64,000 nt of DNA, taken from Planctomycetota bacterium. GTDB lineage: Bacteria; Planctomycetota; UBA8108; JACQVS01. Under the pieces are notes generated by a model that saw only the letters and a program-made list of their open reading frames with translations, did no database searches and was not told where the DNA came from. Of this stretch, positions 27,019 to 35,223 are shown piece by piece; within the stretch, counting starts at the first letter, position 1, and every line of letters starts with the position of its first letter. The stretch lies in the NCBI GenBank assembly GCA_041569895.1, contig JBFFXF010000001.1:1043-65042 (forward strand). Direction: 5' to 3'. The position numbers and the translations under genes are program-made.

Positions 27019-28602
27019 TCAACACTCCGGGAGCCCGTCCGGCGTCGGATCGAGACCGGCTTCCGGGAACGGCTCCGGCATCGGCGGTCCACCCTGGAAG
27101 AGGAAGTTCAGGATGTAGACGCCGTCGGAGAGGTCCGTGTTGCCGTCGTCGTTGGCATCGAGGGAGTCGCGGCACGGAGACGCGGCCGGCTGGCCGAGGA
27201 ACAGGTCGTTGAAGACGGAGACGCCGTCGGAGAGGTCGACGTTGCCGCTGTTGTTGGTGTCGCCGCGAATGAAAGGCGTCCCCGCGGGGTAGCAGAAACC
27301 CCTGTCGTCGAAGTCACAGCCCGCGTCGGTGCACACCTCGACGCGCACGCAACCCCCCGCGTCACACTCGGGGGCGGTCACGAGGAGCTGTGACCCCCCG
27401 CCGCCGAGCTCCGCGGGCACGACGACACCGCACACGCGGACGACGAGGTTCGGGGCGTCGGTGAAGTTGCGGCCGATGATGAAGAACGTCGATCCGGCCT
27501 CACCCTCGTTGTTGACGAAGGAGTCGATGACCGGGACGCCCGGCGGCTCGGGATAGGTGAAGCCGTCGGGATCCGTCACGCAGCCGAAATCGTTGCAGAC
27601 CTCGACCCCGGCGGGGCCCGGACCGCAGTCGGGCGCGGTCACCTGGATCGTCTGCGGGTTCGGCACGTTGAAGGTCGCCTCGGCGCCGAAGACCCGGACG
27701 GTGGTCCCCGGCTTGTCGAAGTTCTCGCCGACGACGATGAACACCGTTCCCGGCGGGCCGCTGTTGTTGATGTACTGGTCCTCGAAGATCACCGGCGCGT
27801 TCGACGGGTACTCGAACCCCTCGGGCTCGACGGTGCAGCCGAAGTCGTTGCAGACCTCGATGCGCGCCTTGCCAGGAGTGCACTCTGGAGCCGTCACCTG
27901 GAGGTTCTCGTCATCGATCACGATGAACTCCGCCGGCTTGTTGCAGACCGAGACGCGCAATCCCGGCTGTTCGAAGTTCTCGCCGACGATGAAGAAGATC
28001 GTTCCCGGATCGCCGCGGTTCTGGGCGAAGTCGGTCAGCTTCGGCCGCGGATCGATGATGGTGAGGTCTCCATCCTCGAGATTCGGGGGCGGCGAGAAGG
28101 AGTTCCCGTCGGAGTCGGTCATGACGTTCGTCCGCACGGGGCTGACGTTCGTCCGGTTGACGAGGTTGAGCACGGTCTCCGTGGCAGTCGAGGAACGCAC
28201 GTCGATGACGAGTCGCAGGAGCTCGAGATCGGATCCCGGCTCGAGGTGCCGATCCGCGGTCGCCTGCGACGTGCTGAAGACGACGCCCCAGACCACGCGG
28301 CCGGCGCTGTCGTCGATGGTCCCGTCGGCCCATTCGGGGGACAGGCCGGCGACGGCGTCGCCGAGCTGGACCTCCTTGATCCGGATCTTCGTGCGCTCGT
28401 ACTCGATGGAGATCGAGAATCCGTAGAGGTCCTCGTCGACATCCGCGCGGATCGAGATGACCTGGTTCGCCGCGTTGATCGGCAGCCTCGCGTCCTCGAT
28501 GGAGAAGCGATTCACCGCCTGGAGGTCCGTTCCCGTGGTCAGGATGACGACAAGGAGAAGCACGCCGAGGAGCGCGCCCGTGTGCGACTGTCGAAAGCTC
28601 AT
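27019..28602 (-). CDS. secreted protein with four IPT/TIG-like repeats and C-terminal dockerin-like EF-hand pair
   Basis: Signal peptide. Repeated ~90-aa units (GTIFFIVGENF...VTAPECxPG...VEVCNDFGC). C-terminal GDTNNSGNVDLSDGVSVFNDLFLG and DANDDGNTDLSDGVYILNFLFQGG. Confidence 0.7.
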   Translation of the reverse strand: MSFRQSHTGALLGVLLLVVILTTGTDLQAVNRFSIEDARLPINAANQVISIRADVDEDLYGFSISIEYERTKIRIKEVQLGDAVAGLSPEWADGTIDDSAGRVVWGVVFSTSQATADRHLEPGSDLELLRLVIDVRSSTATETVLNLVNRTNVSPVRTNVMTDSDGNSFSPPPNLEDGDLTIIDPRPKLTDFAQNRGDPGTIFFIVGENFEQPGLRVSVCNKPAEFIVIDDENLQVTAPECTPGKARIEVCNDFGCTVEPEGFEYPSNAPVIFEDQYINNSGPPGTVFIVVGENFDKPGTTVRVFGAEATFNVPNPQTIQVTAPDCGPGPAGVEVCNDFGCVTDPDGFTYPEPPGVPVIDSFVNNEGEAGSTFFIIGRNFTDAPNLVVRVCGVVVPAELGGGGSQLLVTAPECDAGGCVRVEVCTDAGCDFDDRGFCYPAGTPFIRGDTNNSGNVDLSDGVSVFNDLFLGQPAASPCRDSLDANDDGNTDLSDGVYILNFLFQGGPPMPEPFPEAGLDPTPDGLPEC

Positions 28603-28744
28603 ATTTGACTCTGCAGTCCTGTTTTCCACGCTGGAAGAGGATCCCGGACGGCTCTGGCCGACCAGCCACGTCGAGCGCCCGGGTACCGTGAGCCGGGACC
28701 CACCCCACCCCAATCCGCAGATTATCTCACAGCTCGCGGGCGGC

Positions 28745-28835
28745 TTGCAGAAATTTCTCGGGCGCCTTCGGCGGGGACGGGGACGGGCACGGGCACGGGT
28801 ACGGGAACGGGTACGGGAACGATTACGGGAGTCAC
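28745..28835. repeat. hexamer array (GGGGAC/GGGCAC/GGGTAC/GGGAAC)n
   Basis: Direct reading. Between the M29 aminopeptidase stop and the IPT-protein start. Confidence 0.7.
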
Positions 28836-28851
28836 GACCGCGTCCGTGTGT

Positions 28852-29973
28852 TCAGCTCTCGCCCAGGCGGTCCGGATTGAGGCCGGCGAGGTCGTCGGTG
28901 ACGAAGATCCCGTCCCTGCGGATCGGCTCGCCGTCGAAACGGATCTCGCCGCCGCCGTACTCGGGTCGCTGGATCGTCACCAGGTCCCAGTGGATCTCGG
29001 AGCGGTTGCCGTTGTCGGCCTCCTCGTACGCCTGGCCGGGAGTGAAGTGGAACGAGCCGGCGATCTTCTCGTCGAAGAGGATGTCGAGCATCGGCGTCAG
29101 GATGCGCGGGTTGAATGCGATCGAGAACTCGCCGACGTACCGCGCTCCCTCGTCCGAGTCGAGGATCTCCTCGATGCGCTTCTGGGGCCTCGCCGAGACG
29201 TTGACGACGCGGCCGCGCTCGAACTCGAGGACGATGTTCTCGAAGACGACCCCGTGGTACGGGCTCGGGGTGTTCACCGAGAGCTTCCCCTCGACCGAAT
29301 CGCGCACCGGCGCGGTGAACACCTCGCCGTCCGGGATGTTCTGGGTTCCGGCGCAGCCGATCGCCGGGATGCCCTCGATCGAGAAACGGAGATCGGTGCC
29401 GGGACCGATGATGTGCACTTCGCGCGTCTTCTCCATGCGCTCCACCAGCGGCTCCATCGCCCGCGCCATGGCGACGTAGTCGAGCGTCGACACGTCGAAG
29501 AAGAAGTCCTCGAACGCCTCCGTCGATTGCCGCGCGAGCTGCGCCATCGAGGGGTTCGGCCAGCGCAGCACGACCCATTTCGTCTTCGGCACGCGGATCT
29601 CGCTGTGCACTCTCTTCCAGAGCGTGCGCTGGAAGATCGCCAGACGTTCCTGGGGGATGTCGGAGTGCTCCGAGATGTTGCTCGAGCCGCGGACGCCGAT
29701 GTAGGCCTGCACGTTCTCCATCTGGAGCTTCTCGACCTCGGCCCAGAGCTCCATCTGCTCCGCGCTCGCGTTCAGGTAGAGCTCGCGAAGAACACGGTTG
29801 TGCTTCGTCATGCAGAGGGGCACGCCGCCGGCCTCGACGACCGCGCGGATGAGAACGACGAGGAACTCCTCCGGGATGTCGTAGGCCTCGATGAGCACCT
29901 TCTCGTCGGGGTTGATCTTGGTCGAGTGGCCGACCAGAATGTCGGCGAGTTTCCTGTAGCGTGGATCGAACAC
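28852..29973 (-). CDS. M29-family aminopeptidase (AmpS/PepS-like)
   Basis: About 370 aa with typical M29 length and conserved acidic/His positions. GTG start chosen at VFDPRYRKLADILV; a longer ATG start at 30084 is possible. Confidence 0.65.
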   Translation of the reverse strand: MFDPRYRKLADILVGHSTKINPDEKVLIEAYDIPEEFLVVLIRAVVEAGGVPLCMTKHNRVLRELYLNASAEQMELWAEVEKLQMENVQAYIGVRGSSNISEHSDIPQERLAIFQRTLWKRVHSEIRVPKTKWVVLRWPNPSMAQLARQSTEAFEDFFFDVSTLDYVAMARAMEPLVERMEKTREVHIIGPGTDLRFSIEGIPAIGCAGTQNIPDGEVFTAPVRDSVEGKLSVNTPSPYHGVVFENIVLEFERGRVVNVSARPQKRIEEILDSDEGARYVGEFSIAFNPRILTPMLDILFDEKIAGSFHFTPGQAYEEADNGNRSEIHWDLVTIQRPEYGGGEIRFDGEPIRRDGIFVTDDLAGLNPDRLGES

Positions 29974-30115
29974 AGACCGTCTCCCTTCGCTGATCGAGGC
30001 CTCAGTCCGGCCGTCTCGGTCGTCGAGATCGTTGGTCGCGGGTTCCGGAGAATGTACCCGGAACGGTTCACGACCTGAATCCAAAACCTGATTCCCGGCT
30101 CCCGGGTCGCGCGTC

Positions 30116-31510
30116 GTGGCCAGTCACTCAGAGCACTCGGAGAAACCAGCGACGTCCGCGGGAGCAGGGCGACTCCAGCGCATCGTCGGCCGCCTGCGCT
30201 GTCTCGCCGGCCACCGGCGGGTGCCGCCCTACCTGTTCACGATCGTCATCGTGGCGCTCTCGCTCGCGCTGGTGCACTCCGCGTTCCGCAAGGGCGGGCT
30301 CTGGGACGCGGACCGCGCCAACGATTTTCGCGCGTACCATCAGGCGGCGCGCGCCGCGCTCGGGCGCGACCTCGCGTCGGCCTACAGCGCGCCCGAGAAG
30401 CCGTACCAGTACCCGCCGACCCTCGCGTCGATCGTCGTTCCGCTCGGCCTGCTGCCCGCGCGCGCGGCGCTCGTTCTCTGGGTGCTCGGCAGCCTCGCGC
30501 TCCTGCTCTGGTCGTTTCGCGTGCTCGAGCGGGTGCTCTGTCCGCCCGTCCGCGGCGTCGACAAGTTCCTCGGCTTCCTGATGGTCTTCCGCATGATCGA
30601 GAGCGACTTCGCCAACACCAACGCGAACACGCTCGTGCTCGGGCTCATCATCTGGGGCTTCTCGCTCGAGCGGCGCGGGCGCTCCGGTTTCGCCGGCGTG
30701 GTGATCGCCCTGGCGACGTGCATCAAGGTCTTTCCGGCTCTGCTGGCGCCGTGGATGCTCTACCGCGCTCGCTGGCGGATGACCGGGGGGTTCCTCGCCG
30801 GGCTGGTGGTGTGGGGCGCCCTGGTCCCGGGCACGGTGCTCGGGCCGGCGGATTTCTCGCGGAGCTTCGCGTCCTGGTATCGCGGCGTGGTCGCGCCGAT
30901 GAGCCCCGCGGCCGTCGAGTACGGCGATGAGGCGCCGGGCGGCTACCTGCCCGGGCAGTCGCTCCGCGTGCTGCTGCACCGGGTTGCGCGCCCCATCGAC
31001 GCCACGGCGCACGACGACGAGGAGGTGCCGCTCAACGTCATGACGCTCTCGAAGAGCGCGGTCGACATGGTCTGGGTGGGGCTCGCCGTCGTCTTGCTTG
31101 GCGGGTTGATGGTCTTCTTTCGCCGCCGCAGCTCGAGCCCGATCTGGGGCGGGGGCGAGATCGCGGTCGCGCTGACGCTCACGGTGCTCCTGTCGCCCCT
31201 CGCCAGAAAGGCCCACTTCGTCGTGCTGCTGCCCGCCGCGACCTACGCTTTCATGCTGGCTCGCATCTCCACCGGAGCGCGCCGGACGGTGTCCCGGACG
31301 CTCTGGTGGGCGGCGCTCGGCGTCATCCTGCTGACGTCGCCCTCGATCATCGGCGACCGGTGGTCGGCGATCGCGCTCGGCCTCTGCCCGCTCTCCGTCG
31401 CCGGGCTGATGCTCGTGGCCGTCCACGTCATCGAGGGGTCGCGACCGGAGCTCGATGAGTCGCGGGATGAAGATCGACCGCCGGAGCTTCGAGCCGCGGA
31501 CGGCGATTGA
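30116..31510 (+). CDS. DUF2029 / GT87-like integral membrane glycosyltransferase
   Basis: About 10 TM helices. N-terminal DFRAYHQAARAAL motif typical of the alpha-1,2-mannosyltransferase-like family. Confidence 0.6.
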   Translation: MASHSEHSEKPATSAGAGRLQRIVGRLRCLAGHRRVPPYLFTIVIVALSLALVHSAFRKGGLWDADRANDFRAYHQAARAALGRDLASAYSAPEKPYQYPPTLASIVVPLGLLPARAALVLWVLGSLALLLWSFRVLERVLCPPVRGVDKFLGFLMVFRMIESDFANTNANTLVLGLIIWGFSLERRGRSGFAGVVIALATCIKVFPALLAPWMLYRARWRMTGGFLAGLVVWGALVPGTVLGPADFSRSFASWYRGVVAPMSPAAVEYGDEAPGGYLPGQSLRVLLHRVARPIDATAHDDEEVPLNVMTLSKSAVDMVWVGLAVVLLGGLMVFFRRRSSSPIWGGGEIAVALTLTVLLSPLARKAHFVVLLPAATYAFMLARISTGARRTVSRTLWWAALGVILLTSPSIIGDRWSAIALGLCPLSVAGLMLVAVHVIEGSRPELDESRDEDRPPELRAADGD

Positions 31511-31602
31511 GCGTTTTTTTGAAACGGAAACGAGTACAATGGGCGCCCGGCGGTGACGGCCCGTCGCCGCCGTGTGTCGATCCAGCAGAAGGAGGAATCG
31601 CC

Positions 31603-32394
31603 ATGCTCTCGAGAAGAACCGTCCTCGTCACGCTCGCGTTCGGACTGTTCGCCCTGGTTGTCACGGTGGGATCCGCCGTCACGCAGGACAAACCGGCGAA
31701 GATCAAGACGCTCGTCGTCACCGGCTTCGACGTCGGCTCGCACAGGTGGCGCGAGACGACCGAGCTGACGCGCAAGACGCTCGAGGAGTCGGGACGCTTC
31801 GATGTCAAGGTCTGCGAGGACATCGGCATCTTCGAGTCGTCCGGACTCGACGCCTACGACGTCATCGTGCTCAACTACGGCTTCTGGGCGGCGCCCGAGC
31901 CGAGCGCCGAGGGCAAGGCCGGACTGCTGAAGTTCGTCAAGGGCGGCAAGGGGCTCGTGGCGCTCCACTTCGCGTGCAGCTCCTTTCAGGATTGGGACGA
32001 GTACGCCAACCTGCTCGGCCGCGTCTGGAAGAAGGGCATCGGCGGTCACGGTCCGAAGGGTGACTTCACCGTGAAGATCGTCAACGAGGATCACCCGATC
32101 ACACGCGGGCTCGAGAGCTTCACCACCGACGACGAGCTCTACGCCAAGCTCAGCGGCGAAGCCGAGATCCAGATCCTGGCGTCGGCGTACTCCGAGTGGA
32201 GCAAGAAGGTCGAGCCGATCGTCTTCGTCAAGCCCTACGGCAAGGGCCGCGTCTTCCACAACGTCCTCGGCCACGGCCTGCAGCCGCGCCAGCACGAGTC
32301 CTTCAAGGAGCTCCTCCGCCGTGGCACCGAATGGGCAGCGACGGGCAAGGTGACGACCGGCAAGGCAACGAGAACGGCCCGCTCGGCGGATTGA
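31603..32394 (+). CDS. ThuA-like (trehalose-utilisation / class-I glutamine amidotransferase-like) secreted protein
   Basis: GGAGGA Shine-Dalgarno 7 nt upstream. Signal peptide. ThuA-like VIVLNYGFW...LVALHFACSSF...FHNVLGH. Confidence 0.7.
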   Translation: MLSRRTVLVTLAFGLFALVVTVGSAVTQDKPAKIKTLVVTGFDVGSHRWRETTELTRKTLEESGRFDVKVCEDIGIFESSGLDAYDVIVLNYGFWAAPEPSAEGKAGLLKFVKGGKGLVALHFACSSFQDWDEYANLLGRVWKKGIGGHGPKGDFTVKIVNEDHPITRGLESFTTDDELYAKLSGEAEIQILASAYSEWSKKVEPIVFVKPYGKGRVFHNVLGHGLQPRQHESFKELLRRGTEWAATGKVTTGKATRTARSAD

Positions 32395-32447
32395 CGCGGG
32401 GAATCGGGTCCGGGGACCGGGCGGGAGCCCTTCCCCGGGCCTCGAAG

Positions 32448-32774
32448 TCAGCGCGTGAGCTTCCAGAGCACGGCCTGGACGTGGTCGATCCGCTGCTGTG
32501 CCTCCCTGACCTGCCGCTCGGCGATATACCCCCACGCCATGGCGACACGCAGAGCCGTCCGCACCTCCTCGGCGCTCCCCGAGGCGACGCGCCAGAGGTG
32601 AAGCCGATCCCCACCCGCGCGCCGGTTCCCCTCGCCGAGATTGAGCGCAACGGACGACGCCGCATCCCGAATCTGCGTCGCCAGCCGCGAATCGCGACGA
32701 CGAATCGACATCACCAACGGACGCAACGAACGAACAGCAGCCAGAGCGATCTCGAGAGCCTCGAAGGGTTTCAT
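32448..32774 (-). CDS. four-helix-bundle protein (TIGR02436 family, the type often found in 23S rRNA intervening sequences)
   Basis: About 108 aa, MKPFEALEIALAA...QIRDAASSVALNLGEG. Confidence 0.55.
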   Translation of the reverse strand: MKPFEALEIALAAVRSLRPLVMSIRRRDSRLATQIRDAASSVALNLGEGNRRAGGDRLHLWRVASGSAEEVRTALRVAMAWGYIAERQVREAQQRIDHVQAVLWKLTR

Positions 32775-32984
32775 GAGAACCTCCGATCGAGTGAGAGAAA
32801 GGAATCCGTGGCCGCCGGCCCAAAGCGGCGGCGCTTTCCCCCCGCACAACCGGAGCGCAGGCCGTGTCAAGGACGACGAAGTCGCCGAGCAAAGCGAGGG
32901 AATCCTTGATATGGCCGAGCACCGGTTACAATCGACCGGTCGACGCCGCCGCCCCCCGCCGATCTGAACGCCTCCGCATCGACT

Positions 32985-33060
32985 CTGCCCTCTGCCCTCT
33001 GATCTCTGATCTCTGATCTCTGATTTCTGGTCTCTGATCTCTGATCTCTGTCTCCGTCCC
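32985..33060. repeat. heptamer tandem repeat (CTCTGAT)n with (CCCTCTG) lead-in
   Basis: Direct reading: ctctgatctctgatctctgatctctgatttctggtctctgatctctgatctctg. Confidence 0.75.
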
Positions 33061-33066
33061 CCCCCC

Positions 33067-34026
33067 TCACCTCACCGACCGATACGACACCGACCCGTTC
33101 CGTGACTGGATACGGATCGACCCCCCGCCGCCGTTCAGTCTGGCGTGCAGGCGTCTCTTGTCGCTCTCGATGAGCTCCGCGCTGGTGCCGTGAAAGTCGG
33201 TCGACAGGCTGCCGTTCGAGGTCTCCATCTCGAGGACGGCGCGGACGGTCGCGGGGAGGTCGACGCTGATCTTTCCGTTCGAGGTCGCGATGTCGATCTC
33301 CGGCGTCTCCGGCAACGCGACCGCGACCAGCTCGATCGGGCCGTTGCTCGAGCGCAGGTGCGCGTTTCCCTTGACGCCGTGCGCCACGATCTTGCCGTTC
33401 GAGGTCACTGCCTTGACTTTCTCCCGGCCGCCGCCGTCGATGCGGATGGCGCCGTTCGACGTGCGCAGGTCGAGGTCGCCAGTGACCGCCTTTACCTCGA
33501 TCTTGCCGTTCGAGGAACGCGCGTTCACCGACCCGTCGATTGACGCGACGTTCACCGCGCCGTTGCTCGACTCGATTGTGACGCTGCCGCGCGTGCCCTC
33601 GGCCGTGACCCGGCCGTTGCTCGTCCGGGCACCCAGATCGATCTCCGGCGGCAGCACGATCTCGAAATCGACTCCGGGAGATCGCCGACGGAGCGCTTCG
33701 GGGATCACCGCGGCGATCCGCAGGGTGTCACCGTCCTCCACGCGCTCGACCGTGACGTCGATCTTCTCCGCGTGCTCTCGGGCGTCATCGTCGGATACTC
33801 CGCGCGCGAACTTGGCCCCGCGGATGCTCGCCTGCTCGACGCCGTCGCGGCACGCCACGGTGATGGCGCCGTTGCGCGTCTCGACCTCCACTCGGGTGAG
33901 GCCGCCGACGTCCGCCGACAACTCGAACGGGATCCTGGCCCTCGACGGGTACGCCTCGCAGCCGACGGCGACGATGGCGACGATGGCGACGATGACGACG
34001 AATGGGACGAAGAGCTCGACTCTCAT
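33067..34026 (-). CDS. DUF4097-like beta-helical lipoprotein (SNGxI repeat adhesin-like)
   Basis: Lipobox VAVGC. About 10 repeats of TSNGxI. Confidence 0.6.
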   Translation of the reverse strand: MRVELFVPFVVIVAIVAIVAVGCEAYPSRARIPFELSADVGGLTRVEVETRNGAITVACRDGVEQASIRGAKFARGVSDDDAREHAEKIDVTVERVEDGDTLRIAAVIPEALRRRSPGVDFEIVLPPEIDLGARTSNGRVTAEGTRGSVTIESSNGAVNVASIDGSVNARSSNGKIEVKAVTGDLDLRTSNGAIRIDGGGREKVKAVTSNGKIVAHGVKGNAHLRSSNGPIELVAVALPETPEIDIATSNGKISVDLPATVRAVLEMETSNGSLSTDFHGTSAELIESDKRRLHARLNGGGGSIRIQSRNGSVSYRSVR

Positions 34027-34071
34027 GGCGATCCCTCCTCTCGGTCGAGAGAAATCGTGCCGTGACGCGGC

Positions 34072-35223
34072 TCAGGTTCGCAGGCGCGGATCCATCGCGT
34101 CGCGAAGCGCCTGGCCGACCAGATTGAACGACGTCACCGTGATGAAGATCGCGAGCCCCGGAGCCCACGCCAGGTAGAAGAGTCCCTCGCCGACGAACTC
34201 GCGGCCCTGCGCGACGATCTCGCCCCACGACGCCGTCGGCGGGACGACGCCGAAACCGAGGAACGACAGGGCGTTCTCCGTCAGCACCGCCGCCGCGACA
34301 CCGAACGTCGCGGTGACGAAAACCGGCTGGATGGCGTTCGGCAGGATGTGGCGAAACATCACGCGTCGCGGCGGCGCCCCGAGCGCGCGAGAGGCGTCGC
34401 AGTACTCGAGCGTCTTCACGCGCAGCACCTCGCCCCGCATCAGCCGGAAGATGGCCGTCCACCTGGTCAGCCCGATGACCAGCATGATGGTATAGATCGA
34501 CTTCGGCAAAAAAGCGATCATCGTGATGATCAGAAAGAAGGTCGGGAAGCACATCACGACCTCGGTGATGCGCGAGAGCACGGTGTCGATCCAGCCGCCG
34601 GCGTAGCCGGCGATCAGCCCCAGCACGACACCGATGATGACGTAAATCGACACCGCCACGACGCCGACCGAGAGCGAGACGATGGTCCCGTGGATCAGTC
34701 GCGCGAGGACGTCACGGCCCTGTCCGTCGGTGCCGAGGAGGTGCGTCTCGACCTGGTCGGGCGCCGGGCCCCAGCGGGTGGTCTCGAGCGGCCGGAGCTT
34801 GAACGCGTTGATCTCCCTGTAGCCGGAGAAGATCGGCGGCGCGATGTACCAGTCGCCGCGCGACGGGTCCCAGTCGGTCGCGATGGTCTCCTTCCAGCTC
34901 TTGCGGCCGAGCTCGGGATAGAAGTCGGAAAACGGGTTGCCGTCGCCGATTCGCAGTCGCCTCAGCCAGTCGACGACGACGCCGGGGAGCGGGAAGGAGT
35001 CGAGGTACGTCGGGAACGCCGGGAAGCAGAGCGAGCCCTGGTATCGCGCGACGATCGGGACATCGTTCGCGAGCAGAGGCGCGAGGAGGGCGACGACCAC
35101 CAGCACGGAGAGCACCGCGAGTCCCAGGACTCCCAGGCGGCTCTTCATGAACTGCCGCCGGACGATGGTCCAGGAGCTCCTGGCGCGCGGGAGCGGATCG
35201 GCTCGGACTGCAGGTCGCATCAT
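34072..35223 (-). CDS. ABC transporter permease, DppC/OppC-like
   Basis: N-terminal periplasmic extension, BPD transporter EAA-like motif region, 6 TM helices. ATGA overlap with the upstream permease. Confidence 0.85.
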   Translation of the reverse strand: MMRPAVRADPLPRARSSWTIVRRQFMKSRLGVLGLAVLSVLVVVALLAPLLANDVPIVARYQGSLCFPAFPTYLDSFPLPGVVVDWLRRLRIGDGNPFSDFYPELGRKSWKETIATDWDPSRGDWYIAPPIFSGYREINAFKLRPLETTRWGPAPDQVETHLLGTDGQGRDVLARLIHGTIVSLSVGVVAVSIYVIIGVVLGLIAGYAGGWIDTVLSRITEVVMCFPTFFLIITMIAFLPKSIYTIMLVIGLTRWTAIFRLMRGEVLRVKTLEYCDASRALGAPPRRVMFRHILPNAIQPVFVTATFGVAAAVLTENALSFLGFGVVPPTASWGEIVAQGREFVGEGLFYLAWAPGLAIFITVTSFNLVGQALRDAMDPRLRT

